The notes: a model not told the origin generated them from the letters alone. A stretch of DNA of 64,000 nt from an uncultured bacterium (GCA_963695095.1 CAVOFT010000001.1:725981-789980), one strand, 5' to 3'. Positions 11,154-22,115 are shown, counted from the stretch's first letter. Made by a program: numbers and translations.

Positions 11154-11182
11154 AGTATAGCCCCGTTTCGGCGATCGTCAAA
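11154..11182 (-). promoter_or_regulatory. Sigma70-like promoter (TTGACG-16-TATACT) about 270 nt upstream of the small ORF
   Basis: On the minus strand, TTTGACG (11182-11176), a 16-17 nt spacer and TATACT (11159-11154) lie just downstream of the acyl-CoA dehydrogenase stop. Confidence 0.4.
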
Positions 11183-11229
11183 CGCGCGGGGCAATTTCTT
11201 CGCGGACCGCGCGCGTGTTTGCACCAGGG

Positions 11230-13055
11230 TCAGAGCGGCCAGCTCTCCGTCTCGATCAGACGATCGGCCAGGCGCCGCCGCAGGGCCACCGTGTCGATCG
11301 GCGTGTGCGCGAGCAAGTGACTCAGGCCGGCGAGATGCAGACTCAAGGCGTCGTCGCTCAGCGCGCCCGCCAAGGCCTCGCGCGCGCTGCGCTCCAGGCG
11401 CGTGAGATGGGTGGCGCAGACCAGCCGTGTCAGATCGGCGGCGAAGGCCGTGGCGTCCGCGTCCCCGCGCGCCTCGATCTTGAGCGCGCGCAGCAGGCTG
11501 GACTCCATCGCGTAGATGTCCATGACCATGTCGGAGAGGAAGGAGATCAGCTCCTCGTGCTCCATGGGCTCGCTTGAGCCCGTCGCCCAGCGCCTCGGCC
11601 ACGGCGCCCAGCGCCAGCAGGGTCGCCTGCTTGCCCTGCGCCACGGCGCTGCGCTCGGCAGCGAGGAAGCCATCGGTCGCGCCCGCCGGGACGGCCGGCG
11701 CCGGCAGCGCATCGATCAGCAGCTTGGCGCGCGCAAAGACGGGCAGGTGGTTCTTGGCCGCCTTCTTGAGCACGTCGCCCGCGATGATGAGGCGGTTGAT
11801 CTCGTTCGTGCCCTCGAAGATGCGGTTGATGCGGCTGTCGCGGTAGTAGCGCTCGGCCACGTACTCCTGCGAGTAGCCGTAGCCGCCGTGGATCTGCACG
11901 CACTCGTCCACGCAGTAGTCGAGCACCTCGGAGCAGTAGACCTTCATCATCGAGCACTCGGTCATGTACTCGCGGATGCCGTGCTCGACGACCTGGCCGT
12001 CGTAGTCGGGCGCCGCCTTGTCGAGGCTGGCGATGTTCTGGTCGATGTAGCCCGCCGTGCGGTAGACCATGCTCTGGGCGGCGTACACGCGCGCGGCCAT
12101 CTCGCCGATCTTGTGCTTGATCATGCCGAAGCTGGGTGATCGGCCGGCCGAACTGCTGGCGGCCGTTGCCGTAGCGCACGGCATCCAGCATGGCCAGCTC
12201 GGCGCCGCCCACCGCGCCCGCGCCCAGCTTGAAGCGCCCCACGTTGAGGATGTTGAAGGCGATCGCCGCGCCGCGGCCGATGCGGCCGAGCACGTTGGCG
12301 GCCGGCACCTTGACGTCCTCGAGCACCAGGGTGCGCGTCGAGGAGCCCTTGATGCCCAGCTTCTTCTCCTCGTTGCCCGAGCGGAAGCCCGGCATGTCCT
12401 TCTCGAGGATGAAGGCCGTGAAGCGATCCCTGCCGCCCGCTTCCTCGGGTGGCACCTGGGCGAAGACGATGAAGAGGTCGGCGAAGCCGGCGTTGGTGAT
12501 CCACATCTTCTCGCCGTTGAGCACGAAGTGGCTGCCGTCGGCGCTGGGCACGGCCTTGGCGCGGGCGGCCATGGCGTCGGAGCCGCTGCCGGCCTCGGTG
12601 AGGGCGTAGGCGCCGAGCAGCTCGCCCGTGGCCAGGCGCGGCAGGTACTTCTGCTTCTGCTCGGGCGTGCCGAAGTAGACGATGGGCAGGGTGCCGATGC
12701 CCGTGTGGGCGCCGTGCCCGACCTGGAAGGAGCCGCTGGGGGACAGCTTCTCGGCGACCAGCATGCCCACGCGCTTGGGCATCGCCATGCCGCCGTAGGC
12801 CTCGGGCACGTCCAGGGCGAGCAGGCCGAGGCCGCCGGCCTCCTTGAGCAGGCCGGCCATGGCGCCGGGTGTCAGCGATTCCAGCGCGTCGAGCTGCGGC
12901 AGCACCGAGCCCTGGACGAACTTCTCGACCATGTCGCCGATCATGCGCTCGTCCTGGCTGAAATCCTCGGGCGCGAAGACCTGCTCCGGCGGATGCTCGT
13001 CCACGAGGAAGCTACAGCCCAGGATCATCGTCGCCTTGCTCTCGTCCGCCATCAC
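11230..13055 (-). pseudogene. Long-form acyl-CoA dehydrogenase family protein (about 600 aa), two frame shifts
   Basis: ORF 11547..13055 carries the N-terminal and middle ACAD domains (GAYALTEAGSGSDA, FVLNGEKMWITNAG, GIKGSSTRTLVLEDVKVP). The frame of ORF 10631..12184 carries GMIKHKIGEMAARVYAAQSMVYR...QIHGGYGYSQEYVAERYYRDSRINRIFEGTNEINRLII. ORF 11230..11712 carries the C-terminal helical extension ending ETESWPL*. Confidence 0.8.
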
Positions 13056-13167
13056 ATCCGTCCTTTCCCGTGGTGATCGACTGCGGGGGCGCAGGTCCCT
13101 GCCTGCCCGATGATAGCGAGCGCGCCCGGCCCGCGTCCAGCGCGAGCACGTAGCGCGCCCGTGCCGC

Positions 13168-14973
13168 TCAGGTGGCCGGCGGCCCCGTGCCCGGCACCTC
13201 GGGCTTGACCATCAGCGTCCGCTCGCGTGTGCACAGGGCCAGCCCCGGCGTGCCCTTGCGCGGTTTGCGCACATAGCGTTTCTCCGTGTAGATCACGGGG
13301 ACGAGCCCGCTGTGCCGGGCCTTGCTGTGGAAGGCCGCGATCGCGGCCGCGGCCTCCAGGATGAACTTGGGCGGCGCGCCGCGATGGCCGCCCGTGCGCA
13401 GGATGACGTGGCTGCCCGAGGCGCCCGCGGCGTGGAACCAGAGGTCCTGGCTGGCGGCCTCGCGGTGGGTCAGCTCGTCGTTCTCGCGGTTGTTGCGCCC
13501 GACGAGCACCTCCCAGCCGCCCGGCAGCGCGTAGCGGCGAAACGGGCGCTTGGCGGGCTGGGGGCGGCTGCCGGGCGTCGTCGAGCGCAGGTCGAAGAGC
13601 GAGGCGGCGTGACCCAGGCGCAGCAGTTCCTCGCGCAGGGCCTCGATCTCGGCCAGGTCCCGGCAGCGGCAATTGGCCAGCGCGGGCAGCCGCTCCAGCA
13701 GCAATTCCTCGTCCTCGATGATGCGCCGACGCACCTCTTCCAGGCGCAGCTCGACGGTCTGCAGGCCGCGCTGGCCCTTGGCGGCCCGCTGGTAGAGCCG
13801 GCCCAGGTTCTCCTGGGGGCTGCGCGCGGGATCGAGGGGGATCTCCAGCGACCGCTCGCCGTCGTGCACGTCCGGGTACTCCACGGAGGCCGCGCCCCGC
13901 CGCACCTCGTGCAGGTGGGCGGCCAGGGTGTCGGCCTGGCGGCGCAAATCGCCGCCCGCGGCGGCGCGCTCCCAGTCCGCCTCGAGCCGCGTCAGGAGGC
14001 GGCGATTGCGCTGGTGCCGCTGCTCGAGGCCCCGGCGCAGGGTGGCCATCAGCTCGGACATCTGCAGGCGCGCCATGCAGCCGCGGCCCATGAAGTTCAG
14101 CGCGCTGGGATAGTCCTCGAAGCGGAAGACGTCCTGCCCCGCCATGGCCGGGTCCGGGCCCGTCGACAGCGGGAAGGGGTGGATGCGGCAGGGCCGCGGG
14201 CTGCCCGGCGGGTAGCTGAGCACGTGGATGGTCTCGCGGCCCTGGCGCACGCGCTCGACCCAGCGGCCGAGCCGCCTCGCCAGCACGACGCAGGGATCCT
14301 CGCGCGGGTGCGGTTCGGGGCGCTGGACCAGGTAGCGCACGGAGATCGGCTTGAAGCCGCGGATCCCGCGACAGAGGTCCTCGGGCAAGGCCGCCTCGCC
14401 GCCCACGCGCACGCGCTCGAGCAGGGCTGCGGGCCAGGCCGCGAAGCCGGCCGGGGCGAGCGGCAAGTCTTGCCCTGATTCGTCGGCGGCCTGGGCGTAG
14501 ACTGCCCCCGGCCGGTGCTCGGAGCCGCCCTTGCGCGTGGCGCGGATGACGCGCCCCTCGACGTCGGTCAGAACCAGGCGCCCGCCGGCAAAGAACTCCA
14601 CGTAGAGATGCAAGTAGCCGAATTCCCTGAAATTAGCGGAAGCGCTGAAGTCCAGGCGCAGCAGGCTTTGCCCGGGCACCGGCGACCCGCCCAGGAAGCT
14701 GGCGCCTTCGAGATGGGGCGGCAGGAAGCTGAAGTCGTGGCGCTGGTCCTGGAACCGAATATGCTCGAACTCCTCGTGGAGCTTCGTGTCCAGGTGCAGT
14801 CCCTGCGCGCCCTGGTGCAGGTGCAGCAGAAGAACCTGGCCCCCTTCGAAGACCAGCGCCAGCACGGGACCATTCCAGGTGATGCGCTGGAGGCGGCGCC
14901 CCTGAAGCCGGTCGAGCAGCGGAGCGGCCATCAGGAGATTCGGGAAGTCCACGGGACCCTTCTCCCCGCTCAA
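13168..14973 (-). CDS. NFACT-family (FbpA/RqcH-like, DUF814-containing) ribosome-quality-control-type protein
   Basis: This is an intact 601-aa ORF. The C-terminal FRRYALPGGWEVLVGRNNRENDELTHREAASQDLWFHAAGASGSHVILR...IAAFHSKARHSGLVPVIYTEKRYVRKPRKGTPG is the NFACT-R/DUF814 signature. The middle region looks coiled-coil. Confidence 0.7.
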   Translation of the reverse strand: MSGEKGPVDFPNLLMAAPLLDRLQGRRLQRITWNGPVLALVFEGGQVLLLHLHQGAQGLHLDTKLHEEFEHIRFQDQRHDFSFLPPHLEGASFLGGSPVPGQSLLRLDFSASANFREFGYLHLYVEFFAGGRLVLTDVEGRVIRATRKGGSEHRPGAVYAQAADESGQDLPLAPAGFAAWPAALLERVRVGGEAALPEDLCRGIRGFKPISVRYLVQRPEPHPREDPCVVLARRLGRWVERVRQGRETIHVLSYPPGSPRPCRIHPFPLSTGPDPAMAGQDVFRFEDYPSALNFMGRGCMARLQMSELMATLRRGLEQRHQRNRRLLTRLEADWERAAAGGDLRRQADTLAAHLHEVRRGAASVEYPDVHDGERSLEIPLDPARSPQENLGRLYQRAAKGQRGLQTVELRLEEVRRRIIEDEELLLERLPALANCRCRDLAEIEALREELLRLGHAASLFDLRSTTPGSRPQPAKRPFRRYALPGGWEVLVGRNNRENDELTHREAASQDLWFHAAGASGSHVILRTGGHRGAPPKFILEAAAAIAAFHSKARHSGLVPVIYTEKRYVRKPRKGTPGLALCTRERTLMVKPEVPGTGPPAT

Positions 14974-15098
14974 GTCACCGAGGGAAGCTGCCGAAACCCG
15001 GGGAAGCGACGTCGCTGGTCCTTGCGGGCGACGCGCCCGGCGCAGGGACCGGCGCTGATTCGGTACTGAGAATCGAGATCAGGAGAAGCTAGCACGGA

Positions 15099-17522
15099 AT
15101 GAGCAGCGCCGCAACCGGAGCCCGGCACCTCAGCGTCTTGTGCGCCGCGGCCTTGCTGTGGGCAGCCCTGCTGCTGCCCGCGCCGGCACTGGCCCAGCTC
15201 GACTCCGACGGCGACCTGCTCGACGACTCCGTCGAGACCGCGGCCGGCACTGACCCCTTCGATCCCGACAGCGACGACGACGAGGTCCTCGACGGCCTCG
15301 AGACCGCCTGGAACTCGGACACCGACGGCGACGGCCTCATCAATGCCCTCGACCGGGACAGCGACGGCGACGGCCTCCACGACGGCCAGGAAGTCGCCCT
15401 GGGCACGAGCATGGTGCTGGTGGACAGCGATGTCGACGGCCTCGATGACTACGCCGAGGTGATGGTCTACCACACCAATCCCGCCCTCTACGACACGGAT
15501 GCCGAGGGTTTGAACGATTTCGAGGAAGTCGCCTTCGGCATCGACGGCCTGCTCACCGACCCCTGGCGCGCGGATACCGACGGCGACGGCCTCAGCGACT
15601 ACCAGGAGCGCCCTCTGGCCTACGGCGGCTACGGCACCAACGCCACGCGGCCGGATACCGACTCGGACGGCCTCAACGACTACGAAGAGGTCTTCCCGGG
15701 CCAGGACGGCTACACGACGAATCCGCGCCTCGCCGATACGGACACGGACGGGCTCAGCGACGGCGCCGAGTTCATCCACGGCACCAGCCCCGTGGCGGCC
15801 GACACCGATGGCGACGGCCTGAACGATTTCCAGGAGCTCTTCACCTACGGCACCAACCCGCGCCTCGCCGACACCGACGCCGACGGCGTCAGCGACTGGG
15901 GCGAGATCCAGGTCTACGGCACCGATCCCCTGCTCGTGGACACGGACGGCGATGGGCTGATGGACGGCGAGGAGATCACCGCGGGCTGGGACGGCTACCA
16001 GACCGATCCGCTGGACCCGGACACCGACAACGACGGCGTCAACGACGGCCACGAGGCGGACCTGGGCACGAATCCCCTGCAGCCGGACAGCGACGGCGAC
16101 GGCCTGTCCGACGGCGACGAGGTGGCCGGCGGCACCAACCCCAACGCCGCCGACACGGACGGCGACGGCATCAACGATCGCAACGAGATCCTGGCCGGGC
16201 TCCTGCCCTTGGTGCCGGACAGCGACGGCGACGGCCTGCTCGACGGCGACGAGCCCTTCTGGAACAGCGACACGGACGGTGACGGCGTCATCAACGCGCT
16301 GGATCCGGACAGTGACAACGACGGCATCATCGACGGCCAGGAAGGCGCGCTCGGCGGCAATCCGCTGCTGGCCGATACCGATGGGGACGGCCTCGCCGAC
16401 GGCATCGAGGCCATCCTCGGCACCTTCCTCGATGACGACGACACGGAGGACGACGGCGTCACCGACGCCGCGGAGATCGCCCTGGGTACGGATCCCCGGC
16501 TCCGGGACAGCGACGGCGACGGCCTCGGCGACGGCCTCGAGATCGGCCTCACGGCGCCGCAGGGCGACGACACCGCGGCCGGCCACTTCACGAGCGACGC
16601 GGATCCGTCGACGACCACGAATCCCCTGCTCGCCGATACCGACGGCGACGGCCTCGCCGACGGCTTCGAGGACGCCAACGGCAACGGGCGCCGCGACGGC
16701 AACGATCCCACCGACGGCGTGAGCGACTGGGGCACGGGCGGCGAGGTGAATCCGCTGGCCCTGGATACCGACGGCGACGGCTTCAGCGACAGCAACGAGA
16801 TCGCCGCCGGCGGCGACCCGCTGCTGCCCTTCACCTCGCAGGACCTCGACTGGAGCGCGGACAGCCTGGCCATGGCAGTGGCGCTGGGCGCGGTGCACAG
16901 CGATTCGCTCGCGCTCGTCAACACCACCGCCGGCCTGAATCCCGATCCCAGCGACGGGCCCGGCCGCGGCGACATCGAGGCGGTGCGCATCGAGGCGAGC
17001 GACCTCTACAGCGATAGCGGCCGCCGCCTGCCCGCCGAGTGGCTGCGTTTCCAGCCCGACCGCATCTTCGTGCTGCCCAGCGGCGTCGACAGCCTGGTGA
17101 CGATCTCCGTGCTCCTGCCCAAGAGCGCCGCCTCGGGCACCTTCCGCGGCGTCGTCACGGCCAGCGCCGGCGGCGGCGTGCCCTTCGCCCAGTTCCAGCT
17201 CGTCGTCAACGTGACCGGCGGCGGCGCCCTCGAAGTGCTGCCCAATCCCGTCTACGCCGATCGCAGTCCGAGCTGCGAGTTCAGCTTCCGCAGCGAGCCG
17301 GGGCTGGAGATCGCCATCGACATCTACACGATGGCCCTGGAGCAGGTCTGCACGCTGCTCGGGGAGGGCATCTACACCGACGCCGAGATGCACAGCGTGA
17401 TCTGGGACCTGGCCAACGCCGGCGGGCGGCGGGTGGCCAGCGGCGTCTACCTGGCGGTGGCGCGCTTCAAGACGCCGGCGGGCGAGAGCATCGAGCGGCG
17501 CAAGGTCATGGTGGTCCACTAG
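15099..17522 (+). CDS. Secreted thrombospondin-type-3 (calcium-binding DxDxDG) repeat protein with T9SS/FlgD-Ig-like C-terminal sorting domain
   Basis: The signal peptide is [32 protein letters not shown]. About two dozen DTDGDGLxDxxE-type repeats follow. The C-terminus is [17 protein letters not shown]...[39 protein letters not shown]. Confidence 0.85.
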   Translation: MSSAATGARHLSVLCAAALLWAALLLPAPALAQLDSDGDLLDDSVETAAGTDPFDPDSDDDEVLDGLETAWNSDTDGDGLINALDRDSDGDGLHDGQEVALGTSMVLVDSDVDGLDDYAEVMVYHTNPALYDTDAEGLNDFEEVAFGIDGLLTDPWRADTDGDGLSDYQERPLAYGGYGTNATRPDTDSDGLNDYEEVFPGQDGYTTNPRLADTDTDGLSDGAEFIHGTSPVAADTDGDGLNDFQELFTYGTNPRLADTDADGVSDWGEIQVYGTDPLLVDTDGDGLMDGEEITAGWDGYQTDPLDPDTDNDGVNDGHEADLGTNPLQPDSDGDGLSDGDEVAGGTNPNAADTDGDGINDRNEILAGLLPLVPDSDGDGLLDGDEPFWNSDTDGDGVINALDPDSDNDGIIDGQEGALGGNPLLADTDGDGLADGIEAILGTFLDDDDTEDDGVTDAAEIALGTDPRLRDSDGDGLGDGLEIGLTAPQGDDTAAGHFTSDADPSTTTNPLLADTDGDGLADGFEDANGNGRRDGNDPTDGVSDWGTGGEVNPLALDTDGDGFSDSNEIAAGGDPLLPFTSQDLDWSADSLAMAVALGAVHSDSLALVNTTAGLNPDPSDGPGRGDIEAVRIEASDLYSDSGRRLPAEWLRFQPDRIFVLPSGVDSLVTISVLLPKSAASGTFRGVVTASAGGGVPFAQFQLVVNVTGGGALEVLPNPVYADRSPSCEFSFRSEPGLEIAIDIYTMALEQVCTLLGEGIYTDAEMHSVIWDLANAGGRRVASGVYLAVARFKTPAGESIERRKVMVVH
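15201..16800 (+). repeat. In-frame coding tandem repeats (TSP type 3 units), degenerate at DNA level
   Basis: Variants of GACACCGACGGCGACGGCCTC recur about every 45-75 nt and encode DTDGDGL / DSDGDGL / DTDNDGV and similar. Confidence 0.75.
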
Positions 17523-17530
17523 GAGGGGCG

Positions 17531-18949
17531 ATGAGCGAGCGACGCCAGAAATACATCCTCGCGCTCTTCATCGCGCTGTTCTTCTTCCTGCTCGGCCTCA
17601 CCGAGCGCGAGGCGGATGGCGCCGAGCTGAACGACCACGTGGGCTCGAGCCACTCGGTGGTGGGCGCCCTCGGCCTGGACGCGCGCGCGGCGGCGCTGGG
17701 CTTCGCCGTCACTGCCGTGGACCTGGGCGCCGCCAACCTCAATTACAATCCGGCGGCCATGGCCCTGGCCAGCTCGCGGCATCTCTACCTGGGCCATGTG
17801 GACTGGGTGCTGGACACGAGCCTGAGCGAGAGCGTGGCCCTGCTGCCGATGGCGGGCGAGAACGTGCTCGGGCTGGGCCTGCTCTACTTCGATCAGGGCA
17901 CCATCGACGAGGTGCTCGACGACGGCAGCTACACCGGCGAGCGCCTGGGCGCGCGCGATTTCCAGGCCAGCCTCGGCCTCGGCCACCGCTTTCCTTACGG
18001 CATCAACGTCGGCATGCGCTTCGTCGTGTTCCACAAGACGCTGGGCTGGGAGCGCGCCGCGGGCATGATGGGCGACCTGGGCATCCTCAGCCCGGACCTG
18101 GACGGCTTCCGCCTCGGCGCCGCGATCCAGGGCTTCGGCCCGGCGCTGCGCTTTCGCGAGATCGAGGATCCCGCGCCCCTGCGCTATCGCCTGGGCGTGG
18201 CGCACACCGCGGTCGTGGACCGGGACTTCCGGCTGCTCACCTGCCTGGACTTCGTGATCCCCCGCGACAACTACAATGCCTTCCACGTCGGCAGCGAGTG
18301 GGAGTACCACGAGCTGCTCGCCCTGCGCGTGGGCTATGGCCGCACGCTGCTGGAGGACGGCACGCCCGAGAGCGACCGCTTCAGCTACGGCGCCGGCCTG
18401 CGCCTGGGCGGCTATCGCTTCGACTACGCCTACTCGCCCAAGTCCGACTTCGACCCCGTGCACCGCTTCTCGGTGAACTTCGCCCTCGCCTCGCCGCCGC
18501 CGGCGGCGCTGCCCGCGATCGCGCCCATGGCCGCCGGAACGATGGCGACAGCGGACGCGGACAGCGGCGTCTCCGTGGGCGTCGAGCCCCTGCCGCGGGT
18601 GACCGTGCTGCGTGGCATCAACTTCGACATCGCCAGCGCCGAGATCGGCCCCGAGAGCCGGCCGCTGCTGAACACCATCTACGAGCGCCTGCTACACACG
18701 CCCCACGTGGAGGCGGTGGAGATCCAGGGCCACACGGACAACACGGGTGACCCGGAGTTCAACCGCCGGCTCTCGCTCGAGCGCGCCCGCGCCGTGCGCG
18801 ACTACTTCGTGCTGCAGGGCTACGGGGTGGACAAGCTCGGCGTGATGGGCTTCGGCGACACGGTGGCCCTGGTCGGCAACGACACGGCCGAGGGTCGCGC
18901 CGCCAACCGCCGCATCGAGCTGCACGTGATCCGGCGCGTCACCGACTAG
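17531..18949 (+). CDS. PorV/PorQ-like outer-membrane beta-barrel fused to a C-terminal OmpA peptidoglycan-binding domain
   Basis: A GGAGGGG Shine-Dalgarno sequence and the ATG at 17531 come 9 nt after the upstream stop. The leader is MSERRQKYILALFIALFFFLLGL. DARAAALGFAVTAVDLGAANLNYNPAAMA is a PorV/PorQ-type N-terminal motif. The C-terminus GINFDIASAEIGPESRPLLNTIYERLL...IQGHTDNTGDPEFNRRLSLERARAVRDYF...NRRIELHV is OmpA_C-like. Confidence 0.7.
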   Translation: MSERRQKYILALFIALFFFLLGLTEREADGAELNDHVGSSHSVVGALGLDARAAALGFAVTAVDLGAANLNYNPAAMALASSRHLYLGHVDWVLDTSLSESVALLPMAGENVLGLGLLYFDQGTIDEVLDDGSYTGERLGARDFQASLGLGHRFPYGINVGMRFVVFHKTLGWERAAGMMGDLGILSPDLDGFRLGAAIQGFGPALRFREIEDPAPLRYRLGVAHTAVVDRDFRLLTCLDFVIPRDNYNAFHVGSEWEYHELLALRVGYGRTLLEDGTPESDRFSYGAGLRLGGYRFDYAYSPKSDFDPVHRFSVNFALASPPPAALPAIAPMAAGTMATADADSGVSVGVEPLPRVTVLRGINFDIASAEIGPESRPLLNTIYERLLHTPHVEAVEIQGHTDNTGDPEFNRRLSLERARAVRDYFVLQGYGVDKLGVMGFGDTVALVGNDTAEGRAANRRIELHVIRRVTD

Positions 18950-18981
18950 CGCGCGGCGGGCGGACCATGACCAACCGAAGG

Positions 18982-19041
18982 GCTGCAGCGACCCTCCTCC
19001 GCGCACCGCTTCACAGGTGCGCGTCAGAGGGCCGCTGCGGC
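18982..19041 (+). repeat. Structured hairpin repeat, copy A (42-nt core at 18992-19033)
   Basis: The core is CCCTCCTCCGCGCACCGCTTCACAGGTGCGCGTCAGAGGGCC, with an inner 8-bp stem CGCGCACC/GGTGCGCG and an outer imperfect stem. It lies 33 nt downstream of the OmpA-fusion stop. It is the exact reverse complement of 22203-22244. Confidence 0.8.
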
Positions 19042-19280
19042 CCCACGCTCACACGCGCTCCATCCGCCGCGCGCTAGTTGGTGCCCTTGGCGGGCCAGCT
19101 TCGAGCGCCTGCGCAAGCAAGGGCACGCCGAAGCGAAGGACGAGCTTCCGCTGGCTGCCCCTGCGGCACTGGCCGAGGCGGAGTGTACACGTGTACAAAA
19201 CGAGCCGCCCTGCCAGGGCGTGATCTGCTGCTGCGGGGCATGCGGCGCCGGGTACGCGCATGCCTGCTGAAGGATGGAGC

Positions 19281-22059
19281 CTAGCGCAAGAGAACGAGCT
19301 TGTGCTCGGCCGTGAAGCCGCCGGCGGCGAAGCGCGCGAAGTAGACGCCCGAGGCCAGCGCGCGTCCGGCTTCGTCGCGGCCGTTCCAGTCCACCGCATG
19401 GTTGCCCGCCGGCAGCGTCTCGCCCTTGAGCAGGCGCGCCACGCGACGGCCGTTCACGTCGAAGATCGCCAGCTCCACCGCGGCCGCCCGCGGCAGCGCG
19501 AAGCGCAGGGTGGTCTTGGGGTTGAAGGGGTTCGGCTGCGGCGCCGCGAAGGCGAAGGCGCCGGGACCCGCCTCCTCAGCGGCCGTCACGCCACAGCCCC
19601 AGCCATAGGCGCCCATCTGCACGTGGCAGTCGTTGTTGGCCGGCAGGCAGGGCGAGCTCGCGTCCAGCGTGTAGTCGCCCCCGGGGGCGTCGCAGAAGAG
19701 CGGATCCTCGCTGATGTTGCCGTCGCTGCCCGTGGGGTCGGGGCAGTTGCCGTAGTTCGCGGGCGTGTTGGCGAAGGCGTCGCTGCAGCTGATGAGCAGC
19801 GTGTTGCCCGCATCGCGGCAGTAGATCGCCCCGCCGCCGCCCGCCGAATTGAATGCCATCAGCGCGCGGGAGATCGTGGCCGTCGAGGCGTTCTTCAGGG
19901 CGATGCCGCCGCCGCCCCAGGGCGTCGAGTTGCCCACCAGCGTCAGCTCCGTCAGCGTGACGTTCGACCCGGTGACGAAGATGCCCGCACCGTCGTAGTC
20001 GGCAGTGCAGCCAACAGCGACAATACTCTCGAGCACTGACATGGAGTTCTCGAGCACGAGGCCGCCGCCATACTCGGCATCGCAGTCTACGAAGCGCAAG
20101 TCGCGGAGTGTCGGCGAGCCGTTCCAGACATAAACGCCGCCGCCCTTGTCGTAGACGCCGGTGTTCATGGCCTTGCCGTTTCGGATCGTGAAGCCTTCGA
20201 GGCGGCACGAAGCGCTCTCGCCATCGCTCATGCGGAAGCCGCGGCCGGCATCGCCGCAGTCCAGGGTGGTCACCGCCGAGCCGCCCTCGGAGATCACCAC
20301 CAGATCGCGGCCGGCGAAGAGCAGGTTCCGGTTCTCGGGTCCCGCGTAGGTGCCCGGCGCGACGAGCACGGTATCGCCGTCGAGGCTGGCGGCGAAACCG
20401 GCAGCGAGAGTGGCGTGGTCGGCCGGTACCCGATGCAGCGTGCGCCGCTCGCCAATATAGTCCTGGTTCGGCTGGTCGGCCTGGAGATCGAGGTACTCGC
20501 GATGGCTGGGTGAGAAGACGTAGCCGGGCGTGACAGGAGTCAGCGTCCCGCTCCAGCCTTCGAGACGATCGATGCTGTAGTGCCCGGTGGCATCCGTGCG
20601 CACGGAGTAGGCGAGGCCATCGATCTGGACGCCGGCCAGCGGCTGACCATCGTCAGTGGTGATGATGCCGCTGATCGAGTAGGCCGCAAGGTCACAGCCC
20701 ACCGGCAGTGCGCCGATCAGCACCCCGCAGTCGTTGTTCGCCGGCGCGCAGGCGGATCCCGCGGCCGGGGCAAAGGCCGGTTCGGGTTCATCGCCTCCGC
20801 AGAAGAGCGGATCCGCGCTGATGTTGCCGTTCAGGCCGGTCTGATCGGCCAGCGTGCCGCCGTAGTTGCCGTCCGGATTGGCGAAGAAGTCCGAGCAGAC
20901 CACGCTGGGAACGCCGGTTCCATCGACGAAGAGGCCTGTCCCGACCTCATTGTGAGCAACGATGACTCGCTCCAGCACCGGGGCGGCGGACCAGCAGAAG
21001 ATGGAGCTGCTCGGGTCGCGCGCGAGCCAATGCGGCTGATACACTCGGCTACCTGTGATCGTCACGCCGCGAAGAATCGGCGACGACTCGACCACCTTGA
21101 TCGCACTACCGGCAAAGTCGGTGCCATTGTCGACGAACAGCACATCCTCGAGCAGCGGCGCGGCACCCTCCGAGCATTCGAGACCTCCGCCGCCATCGGC
21201 GGCGTCGTTGCCAATGAAAATGCATCGGCGCAGAGTCGGCGAAGAGCTCCAGCAGGCCATGCCGCCGCCTCCGTCGATCACGCCAGGTAGTTCGTGCGCC
21301 TCCCAATTGCCCTCGAAGCGGCAATCCTCGAAGGTGGGTGATGGCTGCGACGTGCAGGCTACGCCGCCACCGCCGCGCTGGTAGGCAGAGCAGTTGCGGA
21401 CCGTGACATGGCGGAAGACAGCCGCGGACGCCGAAACCAAGATGCCGCCCCCCCAGACCATGTTGGCGCTGCAGTCTTCGACCAGCATCCCCTCGAAGAC
21501 CGGAGCGCCACCCGCAACGAAAACTCCCCCGCCCGAGTAGCAGTCCCTAACCTCGATGCTCTCAATCCGCGGAGAGCCTCCTTCCATGTGCAGAGCCGGT
21601 CCGCGAAAGTATGCAGGGCCGAACTCCGACCAGGGGGCGTCGAAGTCCTCGAGGTGGAGGTTCGCCAGCGTGGGCGAGGCCCCGAAGATGGTGACCCCGC
21701 TCGGCGTATGCTCTCCCCGGTTGTTGCGCAGGGTCATGTCGCGCAGGACCGCCGCCTGCGTCTCCCCGCTCTCAAACAGCACAGCCGGTTGCCCGCTGTC
21801 CTCGCAGTCGAGAATGGTCGCCCCCGGCCCCGCGCCCGCGATGACGATGTCCTTGCCGCCATAGTCGAGCTGGGTGTTGCCGGGGCCGAGGTAGAGCCCG
21901 GCCGCGAGCAGGATGCTGTCGCCGGGCGCTGCCGCGGCGATCGCCTGCTGCGATGGTGGCGAAGTCGCCCGTGCCGGCGGCATTCAGGTGGTAGGTCGCC
22001 GCGGGGAGGACCCCCGCCGCGCTGGAGACCAGCAACAAGGCCAGGGCGAACGCGCGCAT
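19281..22059 (-). pseudogene. Secreted right-handed parallel beta-helix repeat protein with T9SS/FlgD-Ig-like C-terminal domain; one frame shift near 21951
   Basis: The signal peptide and start MMRAFALALLLVSSAAGVLPAATYHLNAAGTGDFATI are in ORF 21772..22083. The sequence continues as QQAIAAAAPGDSILLAAGLYLGPGN in the 900-aa ORF 19281..21983. One extra base lies between ATC and CAGCAG. The C-terminus is NPFNPKTTLRFALPRAAAVELAIFDVNGRRVARLL...WNGRDEAGRALASGVYFARFAAGGFTAEHKLVLLR. Confidence 0.8.
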
Positions 22060-22086
22060 CATCCCCTCCCGCGTCGCAGACACCTA

Positions 22087-22115
22087 ATTCTAGACTAATT
22101 GGTAGGGGATGTCCA
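22087..22115 (-). promoter_or_regulatory. Sigma70-like promoter TGGACA-17-TAGAAT for the beta-helix gene
   Basis: On the minus strand, TGGACA (22115-22110), a 17-nt spacer and TAGAAT (22092-22087) lie about 25 nt upstream of GGGAGGGG-ATGATG. Confidence 0.45.

Noticed and set aside
10927-11181. An 84-aa minus-strand ORF (MTIAETGLYFEHSQ...) between the acyl-CoA dehydrogenase gene and the small peptide ORF.
   Set aside because: Its TTG start is the -35 hexamer of the predicted promoter. It has no Shine-Dalgarno sequence. Its product is a low-complexity Gly/Ala/Pro/Glu sequence. The region was treated as a non-coding leader instead.
15201-16800. Regularly spaced DNA repeats that could be mistaken for a CRISPR or VNTR array.
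   Set aside because: The repeats are in-frame, degenerate and encode TSP type 3 calcium-binding units inside a long ORF. There is no repeat-spacer architecture.
14970-17519. An 849-aa minus-strand ORF opposite the TSP3-repeat gene.
   Set aside because: The plus strand encodes about two dozen textbook DxDxDGxxDxxE repeats, a signal peptide and a sorting domain. The minus-strand product is repetitive Ala/Val/Gly/Arg sequence with no recognisable motif.
17039-17530. Long N-terminal extensions of the ORF-track entries 17039..18949, 23873..25708, 27934..30630, 28893..31361, 37086..38936 and 39857..42151.
   Set aside because: The extensions overlap the preceding genes in other frames and are Arg/Pro/Gly-rich. 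Internal starts with Shine-Dalgarno sequences, or stop-start overlaps that give recognisable N-termini, were used instead.
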